Source: an uncultured delta proteobacterium
GTDB taxonomy: Bacteria; Desulfobacterota; Binatia; UBA9968
Direction: 5' to 3'
Length of the DNA stretch: 64,000 nucleotides
NCBI GenBank assembly: GCA_963745035.1
Contig: CAVUVW010000013.1
Coordinates: 1,376,001-1,440,000, forward strand
The position numbers and the translations under genes are program-made. Position 1 is the stretch's first letter. Every line of letters begins with the position of its first letter. The notes beneath the pieces are model-generated. The model was given only the letters and a program-made list of their open reading frames with translations. It was not told the origin of the DNA and made no database searches. This document shows positions 20,479 through 29,541 of this stretch, piece after piece.

Positions 20479-21830
20479 TGCGGACCCAACAGATTCATAT
20501 CATCAGTCTGGGCTGCGCCCGCAATCTGGTGGATTCCGAAGTCATGGCAGGGCTCTTACAAAAAAACGATTACCGGATCGTCCACGAGCCGGCGGACGCC
20601 GATATCGTGCTGGTCAACACCTGCGGCTTCATCGGCCCCGCCAAGGAAGAATCGATCGAGACCATTCTCGAAGTTTCCCGCCTCAAGGAAGAAGGCAAGG
20701 TCAAAAAGCTCGTCGTCGCCGGCTGTCTGTCGCAGCGCTACCCGGATGAATTGGCCGGTGAATTGCCGGAGGTGGACCTGTTCATCGGCACCGGCGAAGT
20801 GCCGCGCATCGCTGAAATCCTGCGCCAGCACGACGCCGACTCGGCCCGCCGGAAATACGTCGGGCTTCCCAGCTATCTCTACGATGAGACCACTCCCAGA
20901 TTGAGATCGACGCCGTCCTACACCGCCTTTCTCAAGGTCTCCGAGGGCTGCGATCACAAGTGCGCTTTCTGCATCATTCCTCAACTCCGCGGCCCCCACC
21001 GCAGCCGTTCCATCGATTCGGTCGTGAGCGAGGCCGCCGCCCTCGGCGGGAGCGGCGTGAAGGAAATCAATCTCATCGCTCAGGACCTCACGGCCTACGG
21101 CCGGGACCGTAAAGACGGCACCACCTTGCACGGTTTGCTGCGCGAGCTGGCTGAAGTCGACGGCGTCGAGTGGATCCGCCTCTTGTACGCGTACCCCAAT
21201 TTTCTCGACCAGGGCCTGCTTGATGTGGTTCGCGACAGCGACAAGATTTGCAAGTATATCGATATCCCGTTCCAGCATGTCAGCCAAGCGCTTTTGCGCC
21301 GCATGCGCCGCGGCAAGAGCGGCAGCGCGGTGCGCGAAGCCGTCGAGAAACTTCGCTCTGCGATTCCCGGACTGACTTTGAGAACATCGTTGATCGTGGG
21401 CTTTCCCGGGGAAACCGAAGCGGACTTTGCCGAGCTTTTGGACTTTGTCGAAGCGACCCAATTCGAGCGCCTGGGGGTCTTTAAATACTCCGAGGAAGAA
21501 GGCACCGTGGCCGCGCACATGACCGGGGCCGTGGCGGAAGAGGAAAAGGAGCGGCGCTGGCAGGAAATCATGGACCTGCAATCTTCCATCTCGCGAAAAA
21601 AGAACGAGGCCTTGATCGGTAGTATTCAGCGAGTTATGATTGACGAGTTCGATTATGGCTCAGAACGGGCGAGCGGCCGAACGCAAGCCCACGCGCCGGA
21701 AGTAGACGGCGCCGTGTACGTCGACTGGAGCCGGGAAGATGGGGGCGGTGCTCGAGGGGGGGAAATGATCGACGTGAGAATTACCGCTGCACTAGACTAC
21801 GACTTGATGGGTGAAAAATTCCATGCCTAA
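20475..21830 (+). CDS. rimO: Ribosomal protein S12 methylthiotransferase RimO
   Basis: SLGCARNLVDSE, VNTCGFI..AKEES, radical SAM CDHKCAFC, C-terminal TRAM (APEVDG). Confidence 0.96.
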   Translation: MMRTQQIHIISLGCARNLVDSEVMAGLLQKNDYRIVHEPADADIVLVNTCGFIGPAKEESIETILEVSRLKEEGKVKKLVVAGCLSQRYPDELAGELPEVDLFIGTGEVPRIAEILRQHDADSARRKYVGLPSYLYDETTPRLRSTPSYTAFLKVSEGCDHKCAFCIIPQLRGPHRSRSIDSVVSEAAALGGSGVKEINLIAQDLTAYGRDRKDGTTLHGLLRELAEVDGVEWIRLLYAYPNFLDQGLLDVVRDSDKICKYIDIPFQHVSQALLRRMRRGKSGSAVREAVEKLRSAIPGLTLRTSLIVGFPGETEADFAELLDFVEATQFERLGVFKYSEEEGTVAAHMTGAVAEEEKERRWQEIMDLQSSISRKKNEALIGSIQRVMIDEFDYGSERASGRTQAHAPEVDGAVYVDWSREDGGGARGGEMIDVRITAALDYDLMGEKFHA

Positions 21831-22281
21831 AGCCGATCCCGAAAAAGAAAAAAAACAGCGAAAAGAGTTCTTGAAGCAGGCTTCCGAGATGCTCGAAGAG
21901 ATGAAGCGCTCCCTGATGAAGGAAATGCAGGGGCGCGTCAAGGAAGAGACAGAAGGCGTCAAGGACGAGGGTCGCGATACCTACGATCTTGCCAGCGATG
22001 AGCGGGATCGCGAGATCAATTTTATTCTCAACGATCGCGAGCGCGAAAAGCTTTTGGCGATCGACGAGTCGCTCCAGCGGATTGCCGACAAAACCTACGG
22101 CATTTGCGAAAGCTGCGAAGGCGAGATCCAGCTCGGTCGGCTTAAGATTCTTCCGTTTACCCGCCTGTGCGTCAAATGCCAGGAGGAAAACGAGAAGGAA
22201 AGCAAACGCCAGAAGACCCTGGAAAACGAACGAAGCTACCGCAAGCTCGACGTCACCGATTTTGAGGAAGACGGTTTCTAG
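21823..22281 (+). CDS. dksA: DksA/TraR C4 zinc-finger transcription factor
   Basis: Coiled coil with DTYDLA (DxxDxA) tip; CESC...CVKC zinc finger. Confidence 0.85.
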   Translation: MPKADPEKEKKQRKEFLKQASEMLEEMKRSLMKEMQGRVKEETEGVKDEGRDTYDLASDERDREINFILNDREREKLLAIDESLQRIADKTYGICESCEGEIQLGRLKILPFTRLCVKCQEENEKESKRQKTLENERSYRKLDVTDFEEDGF

Positions 22282-22294
22282 ATCTTCTTCCCGC

Positions 22295-22336
22295 AAATAG
22301 AAAGGGCGCGGTCAAAAGCCGCGCCCTTTTCTATTT
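22295..22336. terminator. Bidirectional intrinsic terminator
   Basis: AAATAGAAAGGGCGCGG...CCGCGCCCTTTTCTATTT between convergent genes. Confidence 0.85.
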
Positions 22337-22366
22337 GGGAATCGAGTCGGGAAATTCAGCAGGCCT

Positions 22367-22746
22367 TTACTCTCCCTTGGCCGGAGTGAATTGCATCTTC
22401 GTTAAGAAGTTTTTCTCGCCCTTGGTGACGTACTCGACCGAGGCCGACGATCCTAATCCGACTTCAGACATTTTGACTTTCGATTCTTTGATCTCAGTGG
22501 CCTTGGTTTTCGCGTTGTAATCCAACGTCACCAGCTTGCCTTCCTTGGTAACGACGATCATATAGTTCTTTTCGGTGTCGAGCAGGCCGATATCGCCGGA
22601 AATTTTCTCGGCCTTGGCCTTTTCTCCACCTTCGGCTTGCCCTTAGCCGGCTCGTCCGCTTTTTTCTCCTGGGAGACCACGGGAGACGCCAAAGCCAGCG
22701 CCAGAATGACCGCCATACCGATTACACCATTCGATTTCGCTCTCAT
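22367..22746 (-). CDS. Small secreted protein, PAKGE-family type B copy 1 (frameshift near 22620-22650)
   Basis: Signal peptide in ORF 22558..22746 joins AKAEKISGDIGLLDTEKNYMIVVTKEGKLVTLDY...GLGSSA...PAKGE of ORF 22367..22561; paralogue of 25343..25696. Confidence 0.85.
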
Positions 22747-22794
22747 TTACCTGTCCTCCTGGTTCAAAACTATAAAAGATTCGACCGAGCGTCC

Positions 22795-23208
22795 TTACTC
22801 GCCCTTGGCCGGCACGAATTCCACGCTCGAAGCGATATTTTTCTCGCCTTGCTTGGTGTACTGAACCACCGCTGAGGAGCCAAGACCGATATCCGCGACT
22901 TTAGCGTTGACCGGCTCTCTTTGGGTAGGCTGGAACTTTGGGTCGAAATCGATGGTAACGAGTTTTCCTTCCTTCGTGACCAAGATCATATAATTCTTCT
23001 CCGTGTCCAGCAGCCCCACATCTCCGGCCACCTTGGTCCCCTTCGCCTCTGCCTTCTTCTCACCCGGATCCTTAGCCTCAGCTTTCGCCGCCGGGGCTGG
23101 AGCCGGTGCTGCGGGCTTCGGCGCCATTTCCTCCTGAGTCGAGCAGGCAGCCATGAGGAACATCAGTGACAAGGCTGCGACCCCGGTAATCGACAACAAG
23201 TGTTTCAT
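22795..23208 (-). CDS. Small lipoprotein, PAKGE-family type A copy 1
   Basis: Lipobox LMAAC, Pro/Ala linker, conserved GDVGLLDTEKNYMI...PAKGE domain; GGAGG RBS. Confidence 0.9.
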   Translation of the reverse strand: MKHLLSITGVAALSLMFLMAACSTQEEMAPKPAAPAPAPAAKAEAKDPGEKKAEAKGTKVAGDVGLLDTEKNYMILVTKEGKLVTIDFDPKFQPTQREPVNAKVADIGLGSSAVVQYTKQGEKNIASSVEFVPAKGE

Positions 23209-23328
23209 CTTACAACCTCCGCGCTAGTGAAAATTTGCTTGGAATAGCGTGGATACTTATCGTGAGCGTCCTGGCATCTCAATACGCTTAAGGTATGATT
23301 TTGCCCCAACGCGCCTGCCTGACGCATA

Positions 23329-23342
23329 GGTCTAGAGTCGTA
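23329..23342 (-). promoter_or_regulatory. Candidate operator TACGACTCTAGACC
   Basis: Matches the motifs at 26171, 28496 and 28593; lies in the divergent region between the lipoprotein and the response regulator. Confidence 0.5.
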
Positions 23343-23436
23343 TGCATTGTGTGGCACGGGATTACCGGTTTGCATCGTTAGGCGTTTGATGTATTTTCAC
23401 GTCGATGGTGCTCCGCAATTCAATGCGAGGTCTTAC

Positions 23437-24099
23437 ATGTTACCGATCAAAGTCGTAATCGCGGATGATCACGCGCTTTTTCGGGATGGGCTGCGAAAAA
23501 TCCTCTCCCTGGAAAAAGATATTCTCGTGGTCGGTGAAGCGGGAAACGGGGATGAAGTCCCTAGGATCGTCGAACGCACGAAACCCGACGTGCTGCTCCT
23601 CGATTTAAAGATGCCCAAGGGCGACGTGGTGCAAAACCTGCTCGAGGTCGGGGCCAGAAGTCCCGCGACGCGAGTCATGATTCTCACGGCCTTTTCCGAC
23701 GAAGAAAACGTCCTGAACGCCGCCAAAGGCGGCGCCAAAGGCTATGTTCCCAAAGGCGTTCCTTCGGCCACCCTCCTGCAAGCGATTAAAGTCGTTCACG
23801 GCGGCGGCTTTTGGATCGACAAGGAAATCCCTTCCTGGGAAACCTTTCAGGAAATCGTTGAAGTGCAGTCGACGCCTCGAGAAGCGGCGCCGCAGGTCGA
23901 TGAGAACATCAAAGCGTTAACCAAGCGAGAAATGGAAATCCTCCGGCTCGTCGCCGAAGGACTGACCAACGAGGAAATCGGCAAGAAGATTTTTATCAGC
24001 GAAAAAACCGTGAAGACCCATCTCACCAATATTTTCGACAAGCTCAAGGTCAATAACCGTTTCAAGGCGGCGCTTATGCTGATCGGCCACCCCAACTGA
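23437..24099 (+). CDS. NarL/FixJ-family (LuxR HTH) response regulator
   Basis: VVIADDH..FRDGL, LLLDLKMP, LTKREMEIL..GLTNEEI..ISEKTVKTH; ATG 23437 preceded by GAGG. Confidence 0.95.
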   Translation: MLPIKVVIADDHALFRDGLRKILSLEKDILVVGEAGNGDEVPRIVERTKPDVLLLDLKMPKGDVVQNLLEVGARSPATRVMILTAFSDEENVLNAAKGGAKGYVPKGVPSATLLQAIKVVHGGGFWIDKEIPSWETFQEIVEVQSTPREAAPQVDENIKALTKREMEILRLVAEGLTNEEIGKKIFISEKTVKTHLTNIFDKLKVNNRFKAALMLIGHPN

Positions 24100-24128
24100 T
24101 TCCTAGTAGGAAAACATCCTTCAGCGCC

Positions 24129-25337
24129 ATGGCGGCACTCAGAAAAATCACACCCGAGGAAAGCTGGCTCGCGCAACGGGAAAACGCGGTGGCTTGGATG
24201 CGCGTCGCGTTCGCGGCAGTCGCTGTTTTCGTCATCCAGCTAAACCCGGAGCGCGTCGCCCGATTCCCCGAGTTGTCGGCGTTCTCCCTCGGTTCGTTTT
24301 TTATTTACAGTCTCGTGGTCCTCTATCTCGCCTTGCACGGCAAGCTTACGTCTTCGCCGCTCGGCATCCTGACAAACTCGCTCGACGTCGTGTGGATCGC
24401 CGCGATCGTTTTTTCCACCGGCGGGACGCGAACGCCGTTTTTCTTCTACTACACGTTTCCGGTGATCACGGCGAGCATCCGCTGGGGGCTCAAGGGCAGC
24501 ATTCCCGTGGCTCTGGTCGGCATATTTCTTTACGGCGTGGTCCGCCTTACGCTCGCCGCGGAATCCATGGAGGCGCCGATCGGCATCGACGTGCTGCTCA
24601 TCCGCAGTCTCTACTTGATCTTGCTGGCCTGCATCTTCGGCTACATCAGCGAGTTCGAAAGAAACCAGAACCAACGCCTTCTTGCGCTCTCTAAAACGGC
24701 GGGCGAGGTGGCCGCGTTCCAGGAGCGCCGCAGAATCAATTTCGAATTGCACGATGGCATCTTGCAGTCACTGGCGACGCTCATTCTGCGCATCGAAGGC
24801 TGCGGCAAACGTCTGCCGGACTCCCAGAAAGAGCTAGCCGAGGAGCTGCGCTCGTTGGAAGAATTTACCCGCGATTCGATGAAGCAAATCCGGCAGTTTC
24901 TTTCCGGACAGCAGTCCAAACCGCTGGTCGCCGGCACGTTGATAGAAAAACTGCGCGAGGAGGCCCGCTTCCTGCGTGACGGCATGGGCTTGGACGTCGT
25001 TATCGAGAGCGAGCCTGAAGACTTGGAGCTGCCGCACGACGTGGAGCGGGAAGTCTATTTCGTGCTGCGCGAAGCACTCACCAACGTGACCCGTCATTCC
25101 CACGCCTCGAAAGTCGAGGTTCAGCTCAAATGGAAAAACGGCGTGCTGGAAGGATTCCTCAGGGACAATGGCGTGGGCTTCAACTGCGACCACGTCAAAG
25201 ACGCGCCTGGCTTCGGCTTGAACGGAATGCAACAGAGGATTAAAGAAATCGGGGGAGAACTCCTGGTGAAGTCCTCCCCCGGACAAGGAACCAAGGTGGC
25301 ATTGCAGGTGCCGCTTCAACCAGCGGCAATGGAATAG
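24129..25337 (+). CDS. Multi-TM HisKA_3 sensor histidine kinase
   Basis: 5-6 hydrophobic segments, then ERRRINFELHDGILQSL H-box, EALTNV..HS, DNGVGF, GFGLNGM..R. Confidence 0.93.
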   Translation: MAALRKITPEESWLAQRENAVAWMRVAFAAVAVFVIQLNPERVARFPELSAFSLGSFFIYSLVVLYLALHGKLTSSPLGILTNSLDVVWIAAIVFSTGGTRTPFFFYYTFPVITASIRWGLKGSIPVALVGIFLYGVVRLTLAAESMEAPIGIDVLLIRSLYLILLACIFGYISEFERNQNQRLLALSKTAGEVAAFQERRRINFELHDGILQSLATLILRIEGCGKRLPDSQKELAEELRSLEEFTRDSMKQIRQFLSGQQSKPLVAGTLIEKLREEARFLRDGMGLDVVIESEPEDLELPHDVEREVYFVLREALTNVTRHSHASKVEVQLKWKNGVLEGFLRDNGVGFNCDHVKDAPGFGLNGMQQRIKEIGGELLVKSSPGQGTKVALQVPLQPAAME

Positions 25338-25342
25338 ATGCT

Positions 25343-25696
25343 CTATTCACCCTTAGCGGGCCGGAAAATCATCTTGGTCAGATAGTTTTTGTCCCCTTTG
25401 GTCATATACTCCACATTGGCAGAGGAACCTAGCCCGACATCAGACATCTTCGATTTCGTGTCCCGCAGCTCAGTCACTTTGGTTTTGCTATTGTAATCAA
25501 GGGTGACCAACTTTCCATCCTTCGTCACCACGATCATGTAATTCTTCTCGGTGTCCAAGAGGCCGATGTCTCCAGCTACTTTCTCGGCTTTAGCCTTTTC
25601 CTTTGCAGCGTCAGCTTTCTTTTCTTGAGCAAGAACTGGAGCCGACAGCACGCCCACCATCAACACGGCCGTTAGACTTGCAATTTCCGCCTTCAT
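25343..25696 (-). CDS. Small secreted protein, PAKGE-family type B copy 2
   Basis: Sec signal peptide (..APVLA/QE), GDIGLLDTEKNYMI, GLGSSA, C-terminal PAKGE. Confidence 0.9.
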   Translation of the reverse strand: MKAEIASLTAVLMVGVLSAPVLAQEKKADAAKEKAKAEKVAGDIGLLDTEKNYMIVVTKDGKLVTLDYNSKTKVTELRDTKSKMSDVGLGSSANVEYMTKGDKNYLTKMIFRPAKGE

Positions 25697-25743
25697 TGCG
25701 TTCTCCTTGTGCGTTCTCGTTTTGATCCCATTCTTTCGTAATA

Positions 25744-26148
25744 TTACTCACCCTTGGCCGGGAGGTATTCGATGCTTGTTGCCACGTTTTTATCACCCTG
25801 CTTGGTGTACTGGACTGTTGCGGAGGAGCCTAAACCGATATCCGAGACCTTTGCCGGATGCGGAGTTCGCTCGATCGCCTGCGCCTTGGCATCGAAATCG
25901 ATCGTCACCAGCTTTCCTTCCTTCGTCACGATGATCATGTAGTTCTTCTCGGTGTCGAGAAGCCCAATATCGCCGGCGATTTTAGTAGCCTTGGCTTTTT
26001 CGGCGGGCGCCTTCGCCTCAGGCGCCGGTGCAGGCGCTGCGGGCTTCGCCGCTGGCTTCGGTGCCATATCCTCTTGTGTTGAACAGGCTGAGAGCGCCAA
26101 CATACACGAGACAGAAACTACTCCTCCCAGTCGCAGAAAACCTTTCAT
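25744..26148 (-). CDS. Small lipoprotein, PAKGE-family type A copy 2
   Basis: Lipobox LALSAC, Pro/Ala linker, same conserved domain ending PAKGE; GAGGAGG RBS. Confidence 0.9.
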   Translation of the reverse strand: MKGFLRLGGVVSVSCMLALSACSTQEDMAPKPAAKPAAPAPAPEAKAPAEKAKATKIAGDIGLLDTEKNYMIIVTKEGKLVTIDFDAKAQAIERTPHPAKVSDIGLGSSATVQYTKQGDKNVATSIEYLPAKGE

Positions 26149-26161
26149 AACACCTCCTCAT

Positions 26162-26210
26162 TAAGACTTAAGTCTAAAGTCGTATACTTTAGCGAATGCG
26201 ACGTTGTCAA
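26162..26210 (-). promoter_or_regulatory. Putative sigma70 promoter with overlapping operator
   Basis: TTGACA (26205-26210, minus), then TACGACTTTAGACT and the palindrome AGACTTAAGTCT directly before the RBS. Confidence 0.55.
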
Positions 26211-26821
26211 GCGTCTTTTTGTACCCTACGGCCTGCAGTTTGAATTGCGTGGTGGCGACACCGTGTAGCCGCGACATCAGACGTTTCGATGCCGAATTCG
26301 ATGGAGATACAAACCGTAAGCGACTCACGCACAGCCCGGCCTTCTCGATGTTCGTTGTGCGGGCTATGTGCCGCGTTTGACCTTTGAGCCGAGCACAAGT
26401 CAGTCACTGGGCGTCAGAAATTTACGGTGATCAATCCGATCGGACAACTACTGAACCCTTCGCTTGCCGTACAAGCGAAGGTGATAAAAGCACCTTGATT
26501 AGCAGATGTCGCAGAAGAGGCTTAGATCACAAAATGTAGCGACTCTGCGCGATCCCTCACGATTTACGCAAGGCAGCATTCTGGTGGCTTCCGGTTGGCT
26601 GAATAATGTACGCCCGTTTTCTGCCCAGTCAGACACGTTCGGCTCATCGATCCAGCCAGCGTGTCCGATCAATTTCGCGCCTGGCTGGACACTGGAAACT
26701 CCAGCACAGAGCCCTATTGCCATGGGAGATGATTTTCCGGAGTCGCATATTCCAGAGTCTTGCGACTACGCATGGCGGCAGCACGACAGCAATCACTGCC
26801 CATCCCAAACCTTTGTTCTCC

Positions 26822-26854
26822 AAAAAAAAGGGGGAGCCGTGGCTCCCCCTTTTT
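26822..26854. terminator. Intrinsic terminator (bidirectional-capable) of the porin-like gene
   Basis: A8-GGGGGAGC-CGTG-GCTCCCCC-T5. Confidence 0.88.
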
Positions 26855-26874
26855 GCTCACGCGTTCAGCTCTCG

Positions 26875-28412
26875 CTAGAACGTGTATCTCCAGTTGAGCA
26901 TGACATCGACCCAGTCGCCGCCTTTACCGTTTCGACATCCCGTAGCGGGGGTAACATTGGGCGTGTTGCAAATCCCGAGATTATGCGCGGCCTGGTTGGC
27001 TCCATTGCGTAGGTTCGACGCGTCATACCAGAGAAAGCTGGTACCCACGCTCATCCGCGGCGCAATGAAATACCAGATATCCCACTCGCGGAGCAGAATG
27101 CGGGTACGATGGAATTGATTCATAGTGTCCGCCGATACCCGTGTCAGCACAAGGGATGCCCGTGTTGCCGTTACAATCCATCGACATGTTCACGCGCTCA
27201 AAGTGGGTGCCGATCAAGATCGATCCCGGTGTCGTCGCCGATCCGGTAAAGAACCCCTTCGGGCTCCACAGGAAAAGATCGTGGCCGATCAGGAAGCTGT
27301 TGGCGCTCTTTCTTGCACGTCCGCTCGGCTTCCACGCCCGGTCTTCGCTCTGCTGGAATGAGCCCATTCCGCGCAACGTATAGGGACCGATATTCCACAC
27401 GATGCCGGGACCGTGGCGCGATGGAGGCCATCGCCGATCGAATCGGCGCCCGTGTCAAACAAGGTCTGCCTGCCACCGTCGCCGTGATCCTGTACACGGT
27501 AACGGCTGCAGCCATTGTCAGCGCGCGATTATCCGCGTTACAGAACCAACTGAACCATACTCGAAAGTGTAGACCCCGAATCCATTTACTTTTTAGCTGC
27601 GAGAACGGTTGAATGCTCAGGTAGGCGTTGAAGTCCTTGCGATCGGTAAAGCTCTGCAACCCGTCGTCGCCTTCGGCGATCGAAGACATGCCGAGCTGGA
27701 ACTTGCCGATACGCCCTGGAATGAAGATGCCGGCCAACGAACGATCATCCCAGTTGAGCACGATGCCTTGTCCCGCCCGTCCGGTGTTGAACCCATCGTT
27801 GCGGGTGTGAAGATCGTACTCCGCCTGCGCGCCGACCGCCCCGGATCCCTGCCGCGCCAAGCTCCCGCCATGAGCGTTCTGCACTTCCATGCCCAACTGC
27901 ACCGTCGGCAGCCAGGGATGCAGATCCTCGGCGTGGAACTGCAGCGCGCCGCGCTGCAGGATCGACCCGAAATCGTCGCCCGTAGCATTCTTGCCGGTGC
28001 CCGTGCCCCATCCGTCCAAGTCCAACGTCGCTTCGAGCTCCCACAGACAGTTGTTGATGCAGTAAATAAACCCGGGCCGAAACCGCCGGCCCATCAACTC
28101 GCCTTGGGTCCGGCCGACCTGGTCGCGCCCGGATTCGAAGTTCATGCGGAAGTGCGACTCTAACGTGAACCGCACGCCCCACGACTTGTCCGCCGCTTCG
28201 ATGTTCAAGCCGTTGCCCGGTCGATACTCGAACGTCGGCAACGCTGCTGCCGCCGCCGTCGCTTCTTTCTTCAACTCGACCTGCTGGGTCTTTAACTGCA
28301 TCAGTTCCTGCTCGAGCGATTTGATCTTGTCATCGACGCTCTGCGCAGAAGCCGGGGCCGCAGCGAAAAGCACAGCCGACAGCAGTGCCAATTTCACCAA
28401 CCTCTTCTTCAT
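26875..28412 (-). CDS. Outer-membrane beta-barrel/porin-like protein (several frameshifts)
   Basis: Signal peptide and coiled coil (DKIKSLEQELMQLK), amphipathic beta strands across ORFs 27198..28412, 27023..27400 and 26875..27150, C-terminal WRYTF BAM-type Phe. Architecture reminiscent of OprO/P-type porins. Confidence 0.78.
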
Positions 28413-28467
28413 TGTGCCTCCTTTGCCTCCAGTTTTTCTTTAATGCACTCGTGTCTAATTTCGGCGA

Positions 28468-28606
28468 TTTTTAGCCCAACTGTTACAACCTGTCAAGCCT
28501 AAAGTTGTAGCCTATGCGTAATTAACTACGTCAATTATTGTACTATCATGCTACGAAATGGCCGTTTTTAACTCGCATCCACTCGTCTGTCAAGCCTAAA
28601 GTTGTA
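28468..28606 (-). promoter_or_regulatory. Tandem duplicated promoter/operator units
   Basis: Exact 20-bp direct repeat CTGTCAAGCCTAAAGTTGTA at 28490-28509 and 28587-28606. On the minus strand each reads TACAACTTTAGGC-TTGACA-N17-TAAAAA. Confidence 0.75.
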
Positions 28607-28767
28607 TATAATATACGCCTAGTTGCGTTGAGTCATTAGGAATAGCCAGACTTACGGTTTACACTCGTCGATAGTTTTGCCGTTCGGGAGATTTGCCAGA
28701 CTCTTCGCGATCCCGAACGTTACCGCGAATATTGTGATAATAAGCGTGCTTAGGTAGACTTCGGGCG

Positions 28768-29541
28768 ATGTTGACGAAGCGAGTGATTCCCTGCCTCGAT
28801 GTCAAAGGAGGACGGGTGGTCAAAGGAACCCGTTTCCTCGATCTCCGAGATGCAGGCGACCCCGTTGAGGTTGCCCGCCTCTACGACGCCGAAGGGGCCG
28901 ACGAGCTCTGCTTCCTCGACATCACCGCGTCGCACGAGCAGCGAGGCATTATTCTTGACGTCGTAGCGCGAACCGCCGAGCAGGTTTTCATGCCGTTAAC
29001 CGTCGGCGGCGGCATCAGCCAGATTGACGACATCCGCGCTCTTCTTCGAGCCGGTGCCGACAAAGTTTCCATCAACACCGGCGCGGTGAATCGCCCGGAG
29101 TTTGTCCGGGAAGCCGCGGAAGTGTTTGGCAGTCAATGCATCGTTGTCGCCATCGACGCCAAACGATCCGGCGACGGATGGGAAGTTTTCACCCACGGCG
29201 GCCGTAACCCGACCGGAATCGACGCCTGCGCGTGGGCGGAGAGAATGGCGAGCTATGGCGCCGGCGAGATCCTGCTTACCAGCATGGACTGCGATGGCAC
29301 TAAAACCGGCTACGACCTTGCGCTGACGCGCGCAATCGCCGACCGAGTGGGCATACCGGTGATTGCTTCAGGCGGGGTCGGCAATCTCGAGCATATCTAC
29401 GAGGGCCTGACTCGTGGCGGAGCGAGCGCGGCGCTGGCCGCTTCGATTTTTCATTTCCGCGAATATTCGGTCGCCGAGTGCAAGGACTATCTTCGCGCCC
29501 GGGGCGTGGCGGTGCGTCCGGCACAGCGCGATACGGTTTGA
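28768..29541 (+). CDS. hisF: Imidazole glycerol phosphate synthase cyclase subunit
   Basis: [48 protein letters not shown]. Confidence 0.98.
   Translation: MLTKRVIPCLDVKGGRVVKGTRFLDLRDAGDPVEVARLYDAEGADELCFLDITASHEQRGIILDVVARTAEQVFMPLTVGGGISQIDDIRALLRAGADKVSINTGAVNRPEFVREAAEVFGSQCIVVAIDAKRSGDGWEVFTHGGRNPTGIDACAWAERMASYGAGEILLTSMDCDGTKTGYDLALTRAIADRVGIPVIASGGVGNLEHIYEGLTRGGASAALAASIFHFREYSVAECKDYLRARGVAVRPAQRDTV

Noticed and set aside
16083-21581. Long minus-strand ORFs opposite rnj, ftsK and rimO
   Set aside because: Antisense shadow ORFs without recognisable domains.
22558-22746. Programmed frameshift or phase variation in PAKGE type B copy 1
   Set aside because: The window has many similar indels and there is no long slippery tract or stimulatory structure; sequencing error is more parsimonious.
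23352-23375. TGGCACGGGATTACCGGTTTGC as a sigma54 promoter
   Set aside because: GG-to-GC spacing is wrong (not N10).
26506-27012. 168-aa + strand ORF
   Set aside because: Runs through a terminator and antisense into the porin gene; no protein-like motifs.
28490-28606. 20-bp direct repeat as CRISPR or att site
   Set aside because: Only two copies, no cas or integrase gene; better explained as a duplicated promoter/operator.
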